The position numbers and the translations under genes were made by a program. Below the pieces are notes generated by a model that worked only from the letters and a program-made list of their open reading frames with translations, was not told the origin of the DNA and ran no database searches. Positions 11,726 through 23,739 of a DNA stretch of 64,000 nucleotides are shown piece after piece. The DNA is from Octopus sinensis (taxonomy: Eukaryota): positions 1-64,000 of the forward strand of contig NW_021832015.1 of assembly GCF_006345805.1 (NCBI RefSeq), read 5' to 3'. The first letter of the stretch is position 1, and each line of letters begins with the position of its first letter.

Positions 11726-14700
11726 CAGTAGTTTTATTTTATAGCGTGCTTTCACATCACTACCGAGCGCAGCTCTGTGTGCCTTGGGTATGTGCTGTGA
11801 TTTGTTGTGATGCTCTGATGGTTATTGTATGGAAAGTGTTCTGCGTAGGATGTGTGCAGTGCCTTGTAGTGCAATTTTCTGTATGTTATATGTGTTTGTA
11901 AGTCCTGGCGTTTTTGTTATGTATTTGTCTGAATATTTTTTTATCATGCCTAATGCACCTATTATGATAGGAATTGTTTCTGTTTTCAGATTCCACATTC
12001 TAGTTACCTCTATTTCCAGGTCTTTGTATTTTGAGAGTTTCTCCATTTCTTTTAGAGACACGTTGACATCTGCCGGTATTGATACATCAATTAGAAAGTA
12101 TTTTTTTTCTTCATGATCTCTGACAACTATATCTGGCCTGTTGGCCTTAATTTCTCTATCTGTGTGTATCAGCATATCCCAGAGTATGGTTGCTTTCTCG
12201 TATTCTGTGACCTTTTCTGGTGTGTGCCTATACCATCTTTTTTCTGTTGTTATTCCATAATGTTGGCATAGCTTCCAGTGTATGTAGGTTCCAACTCTGT
12301 CATGTCTGTGATATATTCCTTCTTAGCCAGGACTGGGCAGCTAGAGATAATATGATTTATTGTTTCTTGTCCATCTCCACATATTCTGCAGTTACTTGTT
12401 ATATTTCTTTTCATTACATGTTTTTGGTAATTTCTGGTGGGGAGGCTTTGGTCTTGTGCTGCAATTAAAAATCCCTCTGTTTCTGCTTTGAGTCCTGAGC
12501 TTCTCAACCATTGCTGGGATTTTTCTTTGTCTATTTCTTTTGCGTTTAGTTTAGTCCAGTATTTACCATGAAGGGGCTTTTCTTGCCATCGTTTTATCAT
12601 GGTTCGTTGCTGTTCTATTTTTAGTTTGGATTTCATTTGTTTTATAGCTTTTGTTGTTTCTTCATCTTCTTCTTCTTCTTCATGTTTATTAGGTGGTATG
12701 ATTTCTTGTTTGTATTCGTCAGCTTCCTTAAATACTGAGAACAGTGTTTTGTTTTGCTCGTGTTTTGCCGCTATCTGGATCAGTTTTCCTTCCTTCTGAA
12801 GTAGATATTTTTGCAGTCCTATGGTGGTTATTTTATAGTAGTTTTCCAGGTGTATAAGGCCTCTACCACCTTCTATACGTTGTATATATAGTCTTTCTAT
12901 GTCAGATTTTGGGTGATGCATCGTCGATCCTGTCATTATTTTTCTTGTTTTCCTATCTATTTTGGTCAGTTCATTTCGTGTCCAGTTAAGGATATTGTAG
13001 CTGTAACTTATAACTGGGACAGCTAAAGTGTTGATACCTATTATCTTGTTTTTAGCATTGAGCTCTGTTTTTAGTATTGATCTAACTCGTCTATAATATT
13101 CTTTTTTTATTTTCTCTTTCATTTGTGTGTGTTGTGTCTTATCTAGTTCATGGATTCCTAAGTATTTGTAAGTTTGGCTTTGGTCTAATTCTTTTATTTC
13201 ATTAGTTTTATCTAGTGTGATGTTGCTACTCTTAACTAGTTTTCCTTTTTTCATGGTTACTTTGGCGCATTTTTCTAATCCAAATTTCATATCTATTTCT
13301 TTGGTAAATCCATGAACTGTCTTTAATAGTGTTTCCAGCTGTTTGTCATTTGCAGCGTATAGTTTTAGGTCATCCATATATAAAAGGTGGCTGATCGTTT
13401 TGCCGTAACATTTATATCCGCATCCAGTTCTATTTAGTATATCAGATAGAGGTGACAGTGCCAAGCAGAAAAGGAGTGGAGAGAGCGTGTCTCCCTGGAA
13501 TATTCCTCTTCTAATGGGGATGTCTTTGGTTTTCATGAGTCCCTCTTTTGTTTGGAGGTGTAGGACTGTTTGCCATTTATTCATAGAGTGCTCTATGAAT
13601 TTTATGATTGTTGGTGCTACTTTGTTAATGGCTAGTGTTTCGAGGATCCATGTGTGGGGGATGCTATCAAACGCCTTTTTGTAGTCAATCCAGGCCATAC
13701 TGAGGCCTTTCTTCTTTCTGTGGTTGTCTTCAGTTATGGCTTTATTAATCATTAGTTGATCTTTACAGCCATATAAGCCTTTGCGGCATCCTTTCTGCTC
13801 TTCTGGGAACAGTTTGTCTTCGTCCAGGTGTTTGTTCAACCTTTGCGATATCACTGCAGTAAACGCCTTGAACATTGTAGGGAGACAGGTTATTGGTCTG
13901 TAGTTTTCTGGTTTTGCTGTCTCATTTGAATTGGGAATTAAGATGGTTTTCCCCTTCCTGAGCCATTCAGGCATTGCCTCTGGCTCTGCTAGTATGTTGT
14001 TAAAGTTTTCAGCCAGCTTTTTGTGCATTTCTGTTAGATATTTCAACCAGAAGTTGGGGATCTTGTCATGCCCAGGTGCCTTCCACTTGCTTAGTCTTTG
14101 CAGTGCCTGGGTGACCTCTTCAGTTGTTATGGGGGTCCAAAGTTGTTCAGATGCCGAGTTTGTTATTTTGATACTCCTTTTTTTTGGTTGTTCGTTCGCC
14201 GACCATATTTCTCTCCAGAATTCTTCCAATTCTTCTGCCGTTGGTGCTGCAGTTATTTCTATTTTATTTTTGCCAAGTTCTTGGTAGAACTTTTTGGGGT
14301 TGGAGTTGAACTTTTTGTTTTGTTCAAAGAAGCACTGGCGTTTCTCGTACCGGCGGATCCTTTGTGCTTTGGCAAGGATATCTTGCTTCAGCTTTTCTTT
14401 TATCTCAGGTAAATCTTTCTCTGTGATGTTATATTTGCGGAGTATTTTTGTTTTCTTTTTGTTGCTCAGTAGCGTTGATTGTTTGCTGATTTCATTAATA
14501 ATCGACAGATCTTTTCTCATTTTTTGTATTTTGTTTTGGATGTTATTTATCCACAGGGTTTGTTTGGGTGGTGGTACTCCTGTTTGGATGGGTTTGAGTG
14601 AGTATCCAGCTTCTTTTGTGGCTGCAGTGGCTGCTGCGTATACTAAGTCATTTAGCTCAGTGATATCGCTTTTTGTTTCAGTGGCTATTAGTTCCGTGAC

Positions 14701-15040
14701 GGTTAGGTTTATGCTGTTTATAATTGGTGTTGTTGTTTCGTCTATTTTGATTCTTGGGAGGTATGGTCGGTGGTCCATTTTGAGCTCTGTGGTTTTCAGT
14801 TCTTTGATTATTTTACTTTTTATATTATCATAATCATTAGGCTCCCCTTCGTTGTTTACATCGTGTTTGTTGGGAATGTTACGTTTGTTTTCGTGTTTTA
14901 ATGTTTCAGTGTTTATATTACTGGGCATTGTTGTGTGGCTTCTATCTACATTTTCCTGGTATATTTTTTCTTTTAGATGTTCTATTTCTATTTCTGATAT
15001 TTTTTTTGTGTTGAGAATGTATCTTCGTACGTTAGCTAAA
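11726..15040 (-). mobile_element. R4/Dong-like LINE family A, 5'-truncated, nearly intact ORF
   Basis: 892-aa ORF followed by the RLE ORF 11822-12175. (TTA)n at both ends. Highly similar to 30417-33725. Confidence 0.95.
12250..14928 (-). CDS. RT and zinc-knuckle part of the R4-clade RT-RLE polyprotein (892 aa)
   Basis: KAPGHDKI, NYRPITCL, EQKGCR, WIDYKKAFDSIPH, RGIFQGDTLSP, HLLYMDDLKLY, YKYLGI, GGRGL, AAQDQSL, CRICG..ETINHIISSC. One missing T before HRHD separates it from the RLE part. Confidence 0.92.
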   Translation of the reverse strand: MPSNINTETLKHENKRNIPNKHDVNNEGEPNDYDNIKSKIIKELKTTELKMDHRPYLPRIKIDETTTPIINSINLTVTELIATETKSDITELNDLVYAAATAATKEAGYSLKPIQTGVPPPKQTLWINNIQNKIQKMRKDLSIINEISKQSTLLSNKKKTKILRKYNITEKDLPEIKEKLKQDILAKAQRIRRYEKRQCFFEQNKKFNSNPKKFYQELGKNKIEITAAPTAEELEEFWREIWSANEQPKKRSIKITNSASEQLWTPITTEEVTQALQRLSKWKAPGHDKIPNFWLKYLTEMHKKLAENFNNILAEPEAMPEWLRKGKTILIPNSNETAKPENYRPITCLPTMFKAFTAVISQRLNKHLDEDKLFPEEQKGCRKGLYGCKDQLMINKAITEDNHRKKKGLSMAWIDYKKAFDSIPHTWILETLAINKVAPTIIKFIEHSMNKWQTVLHLQTKEGLMKTKDIPIRRGIFQGDTLSPLLFCLALSPLSDILNRTGCGYKCYGKTISHLLYMDDLKLYAANDKQLETLLKTVHGFTKEIDMKFGLEKCAKVTMKKGKLVKSSNITLDKTNEIKELDQSQTYKYLGIHELDKTQHTQMKEKIKKEYYRRVRSILKTELNAKNKIIGINTLAVPVISYSYNILNWTRNELTKIDRKTRKIMTGSTMHHPKSDIERLYIQRIEGGRGLIHLENYYKITTIGLQKYLLQKEGKLIQIAAKHEQNKTLFSVFKEADEYKQEIIPPNKHEEEEEDEETTKAIKQMKSKLKIEQQRTMIKRWQEKPLHGKYWTKLNAKEIDKEKSQQWLRSSGLKAETEGFLIAAQDQSLPTRNYQKHVMKRNITSNCRICGDGQETINHIISSCPVLAKKEYITDMTELEPTYTGSYANIME

Positions 15041-15075
15041 TTATTATTATTATTATTATTATTATATTATTATTA

Positions 15076-15109
<34 letters not shown>

Positions 15110-15112
<3 letters not shown>

Positions 15113-15177
15113 ATCACTGGTTGGAATCAAACTCGGCATCTTGGGTTTAGTAGCCCGCGCTCTTAACCACTACGCCA
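15110..15177 (-). ncRNA. tRNA-like Pol III SINE head (not a functional tRNA)
   Basis: A box TGGCGTAGTGG (15167-15177) and B box GAGTTTGATTCC (15123-15134), directly followed by (TAA)n. Confidence 0.75.
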
Positions 15178-15864
15178 TTGTCTCCTCTCCCATCCCCCCA
15201 CACACACACTCTTGTCTGCAAAACCTTCTCTATTTCTATCTGCCTCTCTCTCTTTCTCTCACTCTCTCTGCCCATCCGACGCCTTTCTCCTTTTACTATC
15301 TCCCTTCCTTCCTATGTCCATCTCTATCAACTACCCATTGTCTATACTTATTCCCATTTTTCTTCCCCCTGCACTCCCTCTTTCTTCCTACCTGTTCTTC
15401 CCCAACCTTCTCTGCTCCTCTCTGTTGGTCTTTCTTCCTTCACTTTTTCGTGCCACGTCCAGTGTTTTTATCACCCGTTGGTTTACTACTCAACCAGAGC
15501 CCAGGTAGGACGTTACTATGGAGCCAGGTACCTTTATGTCTGTGGCTTTTCATTAGCTAACATTGCCGAAAATTTGCAAACTTTAAAAGCTATAAACTGT
15601 TTATTTTCTCAATTTATAAAGAAAATTAATTTCATATCAATATCTAGCGTACAAAATTACATCAATACACCAAATTTGAACTCAATTAGAACAAAATTGA
15701 GGGAGTTGAAAAGCTGAAGACAAATATAAAAGATCCTTGTTCTCTTTTAGCGTTACTTCTACGCATATCTTAAAGCTGTTTTATGGCCGAAAGCCTTCCA
15801 TGTGTATGTTTATAACAAATAAATGTCGACTTTCATTTTTTATGTCTTGTGCGTGACTGATTAT

Positions 15865-16170
15865 GAACTGGTTGATCACCCTCCCAATTTTAGTGATTTG
15901 GCCCCATCTGATTATCATGTGTTTCCCAACAGGAAGAACAGGAAGAACACATAGCCAGGAAGCAATATAACAGTGATGAAGACGTCTTATCTGTTGCTGA
16001 TGACTTTTTAGATCAACAGGATGGCTTCTTCACCAGTGCGATCCAAACAGTGCAACACTAATGAAAGAAATGTGTGGACCGTAAAGGGGATGTTTTTTTT
16101 AAAGGAACTTCATTTCGTCACACTCCATAAAAGTATCTTAATCACTTTATGAACTTTTCAGCCGACCCTT
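15865..16170 (+). mobile_element. Mariner transposase 3' fragment with terminal region
   Basis: HPPNFSDLAPSDYHVFP...SDEDVLSVADDFLDQQD..F...IQTVQH...KCVDRKG. Confidence 0.8.
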
Positions 16171-17237
16171 ATAATAATAATTTTTTTTTATATATCTGTG
16201 TTTGTTTTGATATTAACATTGAAAAAAATCTGCTCGGTTCGTAAAAAAAAATTGGCCCTGGGTTTGCACTGGATCACTGACCCACTGGGCAACGACAGAA
16301 ATACCTGAAAGACCAACTCCCCAAAGCATTAGAATTTTTGATCTTGAATTTTGATTAAACAGATGTGGAAATTGAAAGTCTTGGCATTGACAAATATTTG
16401 GTGTTGTCATTTGACGTAATGCACAGAGAAATAAGGCCGGCATTCAACAGCTTTGAACAATCTAGACCAAGTTCTTAGCTTCTTATTAGAAGTAGAATAA
16501 TGATCCGAAACAAAAGATTAATAGATTGCTCTTCAACATTCATTACATACAACATAAAATATCCGATATCCAACGACCATATATTCAAAAATGAGAGTTT
16601 AGTTTAGGAATTTTGATTGTTTAGGCATTATGTATAAAGGCAGTTGTCAATGTTCCTCCTCAGAAGAGAGCATGCTACATGCCCTTGTGGACTATGATCC
16701 TACAAAACGGCAGTAGATCTATTATCACGCCAGAGATAAAATAGAAAATAAGATTAGATTAAGAACTATTAAAATCTAAACCTATGACAACAGCAAAACG
16801 CAAAGACGACGATTATAGTGAACAAGGCACAGATACGCCTTTCTCTCTTTCTTTCTCTCCCCATCTCTCTCTCTCTCTCTCTCCCTCTCTCACTGTCCCT
16901 CACTCTTTCTCTCTTTATTGAAAGTTTTATTGAAAGCCTTGTAACCAGCAACACTTTTGTTCATAAAATCGCTATAAAATGAATAATAAATAGCCTTCCA
17001 ATTGATTAATGTTGTCAATTAATCAATGATTATTTGTTAATCGCAATTAAATGGAAAAAACAAAACAGAGTCAATCCTTGGTTTATATCATACCATTGTA
17101 AATGAATATATTGAACAAAGGACGTTTAACATTATTAATATCACCTAAGTGCATCTCGGAGTTGTAAACAAGGTAACACCAGAACAGGATACTGTAAAAC
17201 AGGTCAACACTCTTTAATATACTGTAGTAAAAAGTTG

Positions 17238-17456
17238 ACGAGCTGGCAGAGTCGTTGGTGTGATGGACAAATATACTTAGCGGCATTTCGTTCGTCTCTA
17301 CGTTCTGAGTTCAAATTCCGCCATGGTCGACTTCACCATTTATCGTTTGTGGGGATGATAGAAATAAGTCCCAGTTGAACACGGGGGTTCATGTAATCGA
17401 TTTCCATTCTCCTCCTCCGAAATTGCTGGGCTTGTGCCACAATTTGAAACCAATAT
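17238..17456 (+). mobile_element. tRNA-derived SINE, second family
   Basis: A-box-like agctggcagagtcgttgg and B box gagttcaaattcc, with a typical SINE body of about 220 bp. Confidence 0.72.
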
Positions 17457-17631
17457 ACCTTAGTGACAATGGCAGCGAATTGATAGAAACGATGAGTTAA
17501 TGCCCGTTATCACATTCCTCTACGTCTGCTTTTCAAATTTGGTTGAACTCGATTTTATCATTTATCCCAGCAGAGTCGATAATATAAGAATCAGTCATAC
17601 AATTCAAACGATTGTTGCCAGTTCACCCATG

Positions 17632-17943
17632 CTTGCATGCATGTATGTATGTATGTATGTATGTATGTATGTATGTATGTATGTATGTATGTATGTATGC
17701 ATACATGTATGTATGTATGTATGTATGTATGTATGTATGTATGTATGCATGCATGTATGTATGTATGTATGTATGTATGTATGTATGTATGTATGTATGT
17801 ATGTATGTATGCATGCATGTATGTATGTATGTATGTATGTATGTATGTATGTATGCATGTATACATGCATTCATGCATGTATGTATGTATGTATGTATGT
17901 ATGTATGTATGTATGTATGTATGTATGTATGTATGTATGTATG
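17632..17943. repeat. (TATG)n tetranucleotide array with CATG variants, about 310 bp
   Basis: Visible. Explains the MYVC/HTYI ORFs. Confidence 0.97.
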
Positions 17944-18289
17944 CCTCTTCTGTATTTAATCATTTAAATTCATCCTCTGAAGAAGGAGCTTGTTTCTAAC
18001 AAATATACAAAGCTCCATGGTGGATAACGAAAACAATGCCACATTTTAAACCTGAGAAAAATCTTGCATAGTTTTGCTGTTCCGTTTATAGATTATATTT
18101 GTACTGTTGATTTCTTTTTCTGAAAATCTAAGCTTATCCAAACTGACAGATAAGTATTTATTTTCGAAAATCAAGTGCTCCAGTTATTGGGATAAATGTA
18201 AATTTGTAATCCGGATATACAAGCTGGAGGTTTCGGAGCAGTTGTCCATAGTTATCTTCTTTTTCTTTAATTTTCAAAGAGATATTCAC

Positions 18290-19230
18290 ATCAGCAGGAC
18301 AGCTGCCCTCTACCTAACGGAGACCACCTCTACCTACAATGAAAACAAGGTGGCAGAGACTTAACATCGATCCAGACTGCCTTGAATGTCGTATTAAAAT
18401 CCTTTCAGCAACATCTTTTAACCACCATGTGTTGAAGTGCATCACTTGACCAAATTTGCATACACGAGACAGATAACACTCTTTGTCTGATAACCTAGAA
18501 TACATGTCCAAAGATGTCGCACGACTCTACCGCAACATATCATCAAATGAAAGGATGCGCGTATATCAGCAGAAGATCATGCATGGATATGTTAGCAGAA
18601 AGCTTCGGGATGATAGTAACATTGATCATAAAAGCAATCTACCATGGACCAACGACCGGACTGCAAACTCTCACACTGACCGCTATGCTTTTGCAATTCA
18701 AGAATAGGAAGTATCAGTCAAATGCTTGATGCACAAAAGGTTCAAAGACGCTGGTAAAATACCAAAATATGATAAACGATGCAGACTTTCTGGAGTTAAC
18801 ACCATGCTGTCACCCACATCATAAGCAGTTGTTCGAAAACGTCATCGCAGTATTATCAACCGATGTGATATGATGTGACTAAGACACTGTATAACAAAAT
18901 CCGTCGGAAAGATAACTCTGAGCCCAAAGAAATAAGAATCCACAGTTTGGTAGAGGTGATAGCCACTCATAATAAGAAGGAGTATTGATGGAATGTCCCA
19001 GTGAAAAGCCTCAATAAAATTTAAGCATAATAGGACTGACATAGTGATTTGGGATGGAAAAGAGAAACTGTGTACAGTTGTGGAAATTAGCTGTTCAGCG
19101 GATGTTAACATAAAGATCAGCGAAAAAGAGAATACCTACGCTGAATTATTGAAAAATTTACTGTTATTCTACCCCGATTAAGTTCAGGTTTATATCTCTA
19201 ATTATTGCGGTACAGGAATATATACACATT
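18290..19230 (+). mobile_element. Decayed R4-clade LINE C-terminal region (family C)
   Basis: Across frames: GGRDL, QKIMHGYV.RKL, YAFAIQE, KRCRL..VTHIISSC, KHNRTDIVIWD..CTVVEISC.ADVNI..EKENTYAELL. Confidence 0.72.
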
Positions 19231-19859
19231 GCCTAAGTACCGAGAAAGTTGAAACAGAAAGATGTGGCTTGTGATATGGCTGTTTTGCTACTGACTAGTG
19301 TTTGAAGCTTGCCCTATTTTTATAGACGAGTTCATGGCTCAAAATAGTATACGTTTTGAATCGGATTTGGTTGATAGAGGATAGTCACATGACTGGTCTT
19401 AGAAACGGATATATATATATATATATATCTTAGAAAAATTTTAGGTACCCTGCTACGTGTGTGTGTGTTGGGATCAAGTGACAATGTTTGGCGCCGTAAG
19501 TTACGGCTGACACGGTTGATTGAACATGTCTAAACGATCAATGCTTCGAATGTTTTCTGTCAAGTGTTTGAAGAGAATGAACACGTGATTAAGTTTAGAA
19601 TATTTTCTACATTCCCTGCTACGTCCGTGCGTTAGTGTCACGCGACATTATATTTTGTACAAAAGGTTTCTCTATATTATGACATCAGTAATCTAAGAAT
19701 TACTAGATTAAGACTTGACTAATTCGTAAAATTTACATTCATTTTGCATGAAATAATAGTCATTTCGAAAATTAAACTGCTCTAAGGCGTTCTACATCGA
19801 GTATTTGACAATATTATCTGTGAAGACTTCTTTGGATATTGAGTAACTTCTGAATTGAA

Positions 19860-21020
19860 TGACCGGTCCAGACGCGTTTTCCACTATTCGAAGCAGTCCT
19901 GCAATTCGTGATGTCTTTTATCGCCTCCATCGTTTTTTGCTTTTTTTTCTTCAAATCATTCACATTTGCAAAGTGTTTTTCTTTGAGGACTTTTTTCTTT
20001 CGGGGTAACAAAAAAATATTACAGGGAGCAAGACCGGGGCAACAAGGAGGGTGGGTAATCAGAGTCATGCCATTTTTGGTCAAAAACTGACTCACACTGA
20101 AGGCGGTGTCCGAAATTTCTTTGTCGTGATGAGACCACACCTCTCCACTTCTGCCACGGGTCGGAACGATTTCGTCTCGTCGTGCCTCGCAAACGCTTCA
20201 GAACTACCAAGCAAAATGTCTGGTTAACAGTTTGACTAGGAGGAACAAATACTGTGCGGACAATTCATTTCGCATAAATGAAACAAATCAGCATCGTCTT
20301 GAAGTTGGCCTTCACTTGACGCACTTTTGTAGGGCGTGGTGATATTTAATGCTTCCATTGACTTGAGTACCCTATCGCTTCCGGGTTGTAGCTATAGCAC
20401 CAGCTTTCGTCACTAGTGATGGCCTTCTTTAAAAAAGTTTCGGATCAACTTCCAACTGTTCTTTCACTTTGCGACACGCATTTAGTCGCGACTGATTTTG
20501 ATCTTCCGTGAGCAAGTGAGGCACATATTTTGCTGCAACTCTTTCATTCACAATTCCTCGCTCAAAGCTCATTGGCAGGAGCTCCAAGACACACCAGTTA
20601 TATCAACACGTTCATCAATTGTTCGGCAACGGTCCTCTAAGACCAGTTCATGAATTTTCGTGATGTTTTCATTCGTTCAAGAGGTCGACGGTCGCCACGA
20701 ACGAGGTTGGTCTTCAAGCGACAAATGACCGTTCCTAAAGCGTGAAAACCTACTCGCAAAATTGTGTTTTGCTCATGGCAGCGTCCTTGAAAGATGCTTG
20801 AAGCATGACAACTGTTTCGGCCGCCGTTTTCCCCAGCAAAAACCAAAATTTCTCGGAAGCACGATGTCCCTTCGTTTCATCCATCGCAGTCATCGACGAA
20901 CAAGGGAGAAGTACTGCAAAATAAAGACGCACCACGTGACAGAACGACTTTTGACAACGACGCGAGTCGGCAGGCGGATGCCTGAGGGACGCATCAAGTG
21001 GCTTCTAGAGGTAGAAGCTT
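19860..21020 (-). mobile_element. Decayed mariner transposon
   Basis: N-terminal KFWFLLGKTAAETVVMLQ (20750-20935) and C-terminal HPPCCPGLAPCNIFLLP..KKVLK..HF (19814-20140). Confidence 0.85.
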
Positions 21021-21069
21021 AAACTATAGCGGGTGTGTCCCACAGACAACGTTTCCGTTTACCCCTTCG

Positions 21070-22421
21070 TATTGATGTTCACAAATAGTTATGATGGTGC
21101 CACTGTCATGAGCGGAGGAATCGCTGGTATTCAAGCGAAATTGCGTAGCTAAGCCCCATTTGCAACTTGTGACAGCTTCCACCAACAGAACCTAGATGTA
21201 GATAACTTCATAACAAAAATGTAAAGGCTATCGGGGAATTTTTCGTCATACAGCAGCAACTTTACCTGTTTATGGATCGATTCAGAGTGCATCAGTAAAA
21301 ACAAGTACTTACAGGAAGAAAAACGAGGATAACCAGCAGAGAAGAAAATCTTCTCCTATATACGATGGGCCAGTCAGCGGGTACTGTGCTATGCTGTTCA
21401 TTATGAGCTTTCATTTATTGACATTCTCCCTCATTTCAGTGAGGTTATCAAGTCATGGGAGAGGCAAATTAAAGAGGAATGTTTCTGTAACGTTTGTCTA
21501 TGAAAGTTTGCGCTCTCGTCTTCGCTAAACAGGTTTTAATTCAAATCAAGTCTTTAGCAAAAATATTACAAATCTTCACTGCTGTGACTACAGCAACAGA
21601 AATGGTATCCAGTTAAACATCTTCATGTCAAACGAAACGAAAGTTCTGCAGCCTCCGATTAAGTAATACATCAGTGAAGTTATTAATGTCACCCCCGCTG
21701 ACTCGGTAGAAACCTAATCTGCGAGGCAAATCACCACAGCAGGAGGGTCTCATCGGTCAGTGAGAGTGTTGAAAGTCGGCTGAAAATTAATAAAGGAAAT
21801 GCCATCAATTTTCACAAATGAGACCGTCATTCTTATATTGAACCACAATTGCTTAGAGTTCCGACACCAATTTTCGGCATAAAATGGTGATATCATGATA
21901 AACCTCTCTTACCTTATTTCTTTATTGCCCACAAGGGGTCATGATAAACCTCTCTTATCTTACTCGCTAAATTCCCCAGTTTCTGAATATGGTTTGTCTC
22001 AAATTCATAGCAAATACATTTCAACTGAACTTGGATACCCCTGATATCAGAATGCCACTATGCAAAGCGACTCATCAGGTGGAAGTGACACATTTTGATC
22101 TCATTAACCGATTTACTTGAGATTTTGAATCTCTCTATGGATTCCTCGTTTGAACTGATCGAACTGCTGCAAGAAGATGTAACACTGCCTGTAAGCACAC
22201 GGCAGGCTATGAATGAATACTTTCTCAAGCTGTGGATGATCAAGTCTTATCTGAAAATTTCCGTGGTAGACAATAAACCGGACAATTCATGCCCAAATAT
22301 AATGAATAAATGGTGTGATGAAAACCTGAATCTTGAAGACATCCTCCTTCGTTTTGCGACACAACAACGAAAAGAGAATCACTTTCGAGGAGTTCGTATT
22401 TTCATAATTTATAATAGATGA
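21070..22421 (+). mobile_element. Fragmented hAT (ZMYM-like) transposase
   Basis: SYDGATVMSGGIAGIQAKL near 21090, and dimerisation-domain-like LPVST...IKSYL...LNLEDILLRFA in ORF 22095-22421. Confidence 0.6.
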
Positions 22422-22800
22422 GGCTAACTTTTTATTTATCTGTGACATTTCAATCTCATTCAGAAGTTGACTGTAAATAAATTTGATTTATTCAATTAAA
22501 ATTTTAATTATTATTTATATAAAATCTTTGCCCGTAATTTTTTAACTAATACTGACTGTGCGATTGGGTCTCCACTGCCCCAGAACATTAATCCTCTGAA
22601 ATTCAATCCCTGATACCATTTTCCCTACAGATATTAACACACAAATCTTCAAACTAAGCATTAACCGTATCGATCTCGCCAATCCATAAAGTCTTGCAAA
22701 CGCCATGTCTAACGCCATCTCCCCTCTTCAATAAACTATAAACAAAGAATCCAATATTAATCTAAAGCTAAACAAAAGAAAACAAAAGGAACATTTTTAC

Positions 22801-22866
22801 GACATGTATGGTCAGTATTGCAATTTATGTTTTTCACAGCGAAAACTGTTTTAACCTTTCGATAAC
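22801..22866 (-). CDS. Candidate 66-bp phase-1/1 exon (GYRKVKTVFAVKNINCNTDHTC) of the PAN gene
   Basis: Strong acceptor tttctttcag, GT donor (gtaaaa), length a multiple of 3, same strand and phase as the PAN exons. Confidence 0.4.
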
Positions 22867-23405
22867 CTGAAAGAAATCGTGGGTCTACTGAGTTTACGAT
22901 CAAATTTCTATTAGATTTCGTTTTCCGTATAATTGATTTCATATTTTGGTTTAACCTATACTTCGTTTAACTTGTACTTCATAAAAGTTTTCGAAGTTAC
23001 TTTCCTCAATTTGTATTTTTCTTTTTTTAGTTTGAATAACAAATCCTTTCACTTTTGAAGGGAAATCAATTAAATGCAATTATCTTATCTCATATATTAT
23101 TTAGATGATGAGTAAGAAGCGTTACGTTGAAATCAAATGTTGTCCCGGTTAACTTAGTGTTTCATTCTTTGAAGGTCGATAAAATAACACCCAATTGCTT
23201 CATTGGTACTCAGGTAAATCTTATAAATCGTCCAATGTGTGAAAGGTTTTCTAAGAGAAGACTAATTTAGAACGAAAAACGTTAGCAATAAAAATAAATT
23301 AACAAAAGAATTATCTGAATTAAATTGACTTTATTCGCGAAGAAATACACATTTTATCAGATAGAATTATTATTAGCAAACGTGATCCGTTGAAGTCTTG
23401 CTCAC

Positions 23406-23641
23406 ATTTCATGGAGAAGTAAATAATTTTGGGGTGAATTCCATTAAAGTTCAGATCAGTTTCTTTAGTAGACACTTAGTGTTAGTATATGAAAAGGCGG
23501 TACATGTAGAAGATACCATACATAAACGTGAACAATCCAAGACCGAGCGGGCATACATTTGAGCCTCGATTACAAGGTTGTGATATGGATTTGGTTTGAA
23601 GGAAAAAGTTGAATAAGCTGTCTGGTCATTAATTTCTTTTT
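23406..23641 (-). CDS. PAN/Apple domain exon 3 (one base short)
   Basis: Acceptor ttttttctattgcag, donor gtgag. Encodes CSRLCMVSSTCTAFSYTNTKCLL. Length is 236; adding one A in ctaaagaaac gives ...ETDLNFNGIHPKIIYFSMK and a phase-1 donor. Confidence 0.72.
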
Positions 23642-23739
23642 CTGCAATAGAAAAAATGGAAAGAGGAAACACAATAAATATAAGAGCATAAATGAAATTA
23701 TTTCTCTTCATTGACAAGGTACAAGGGAAACGAATAGAT

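Noticed and set aside
13931-14833. Long antisense ORFs over the LINEs (also 30622-31158, 1719-2114)
   Set aside because: These are shadow frames of the retroelement coding strand.
16213-17286. Further minus-strand exons (16213-16443, 17083-17286)
   Set aside because: Acceptor-like sites exist but give no convincing phase-compatible donor or domain pattern.
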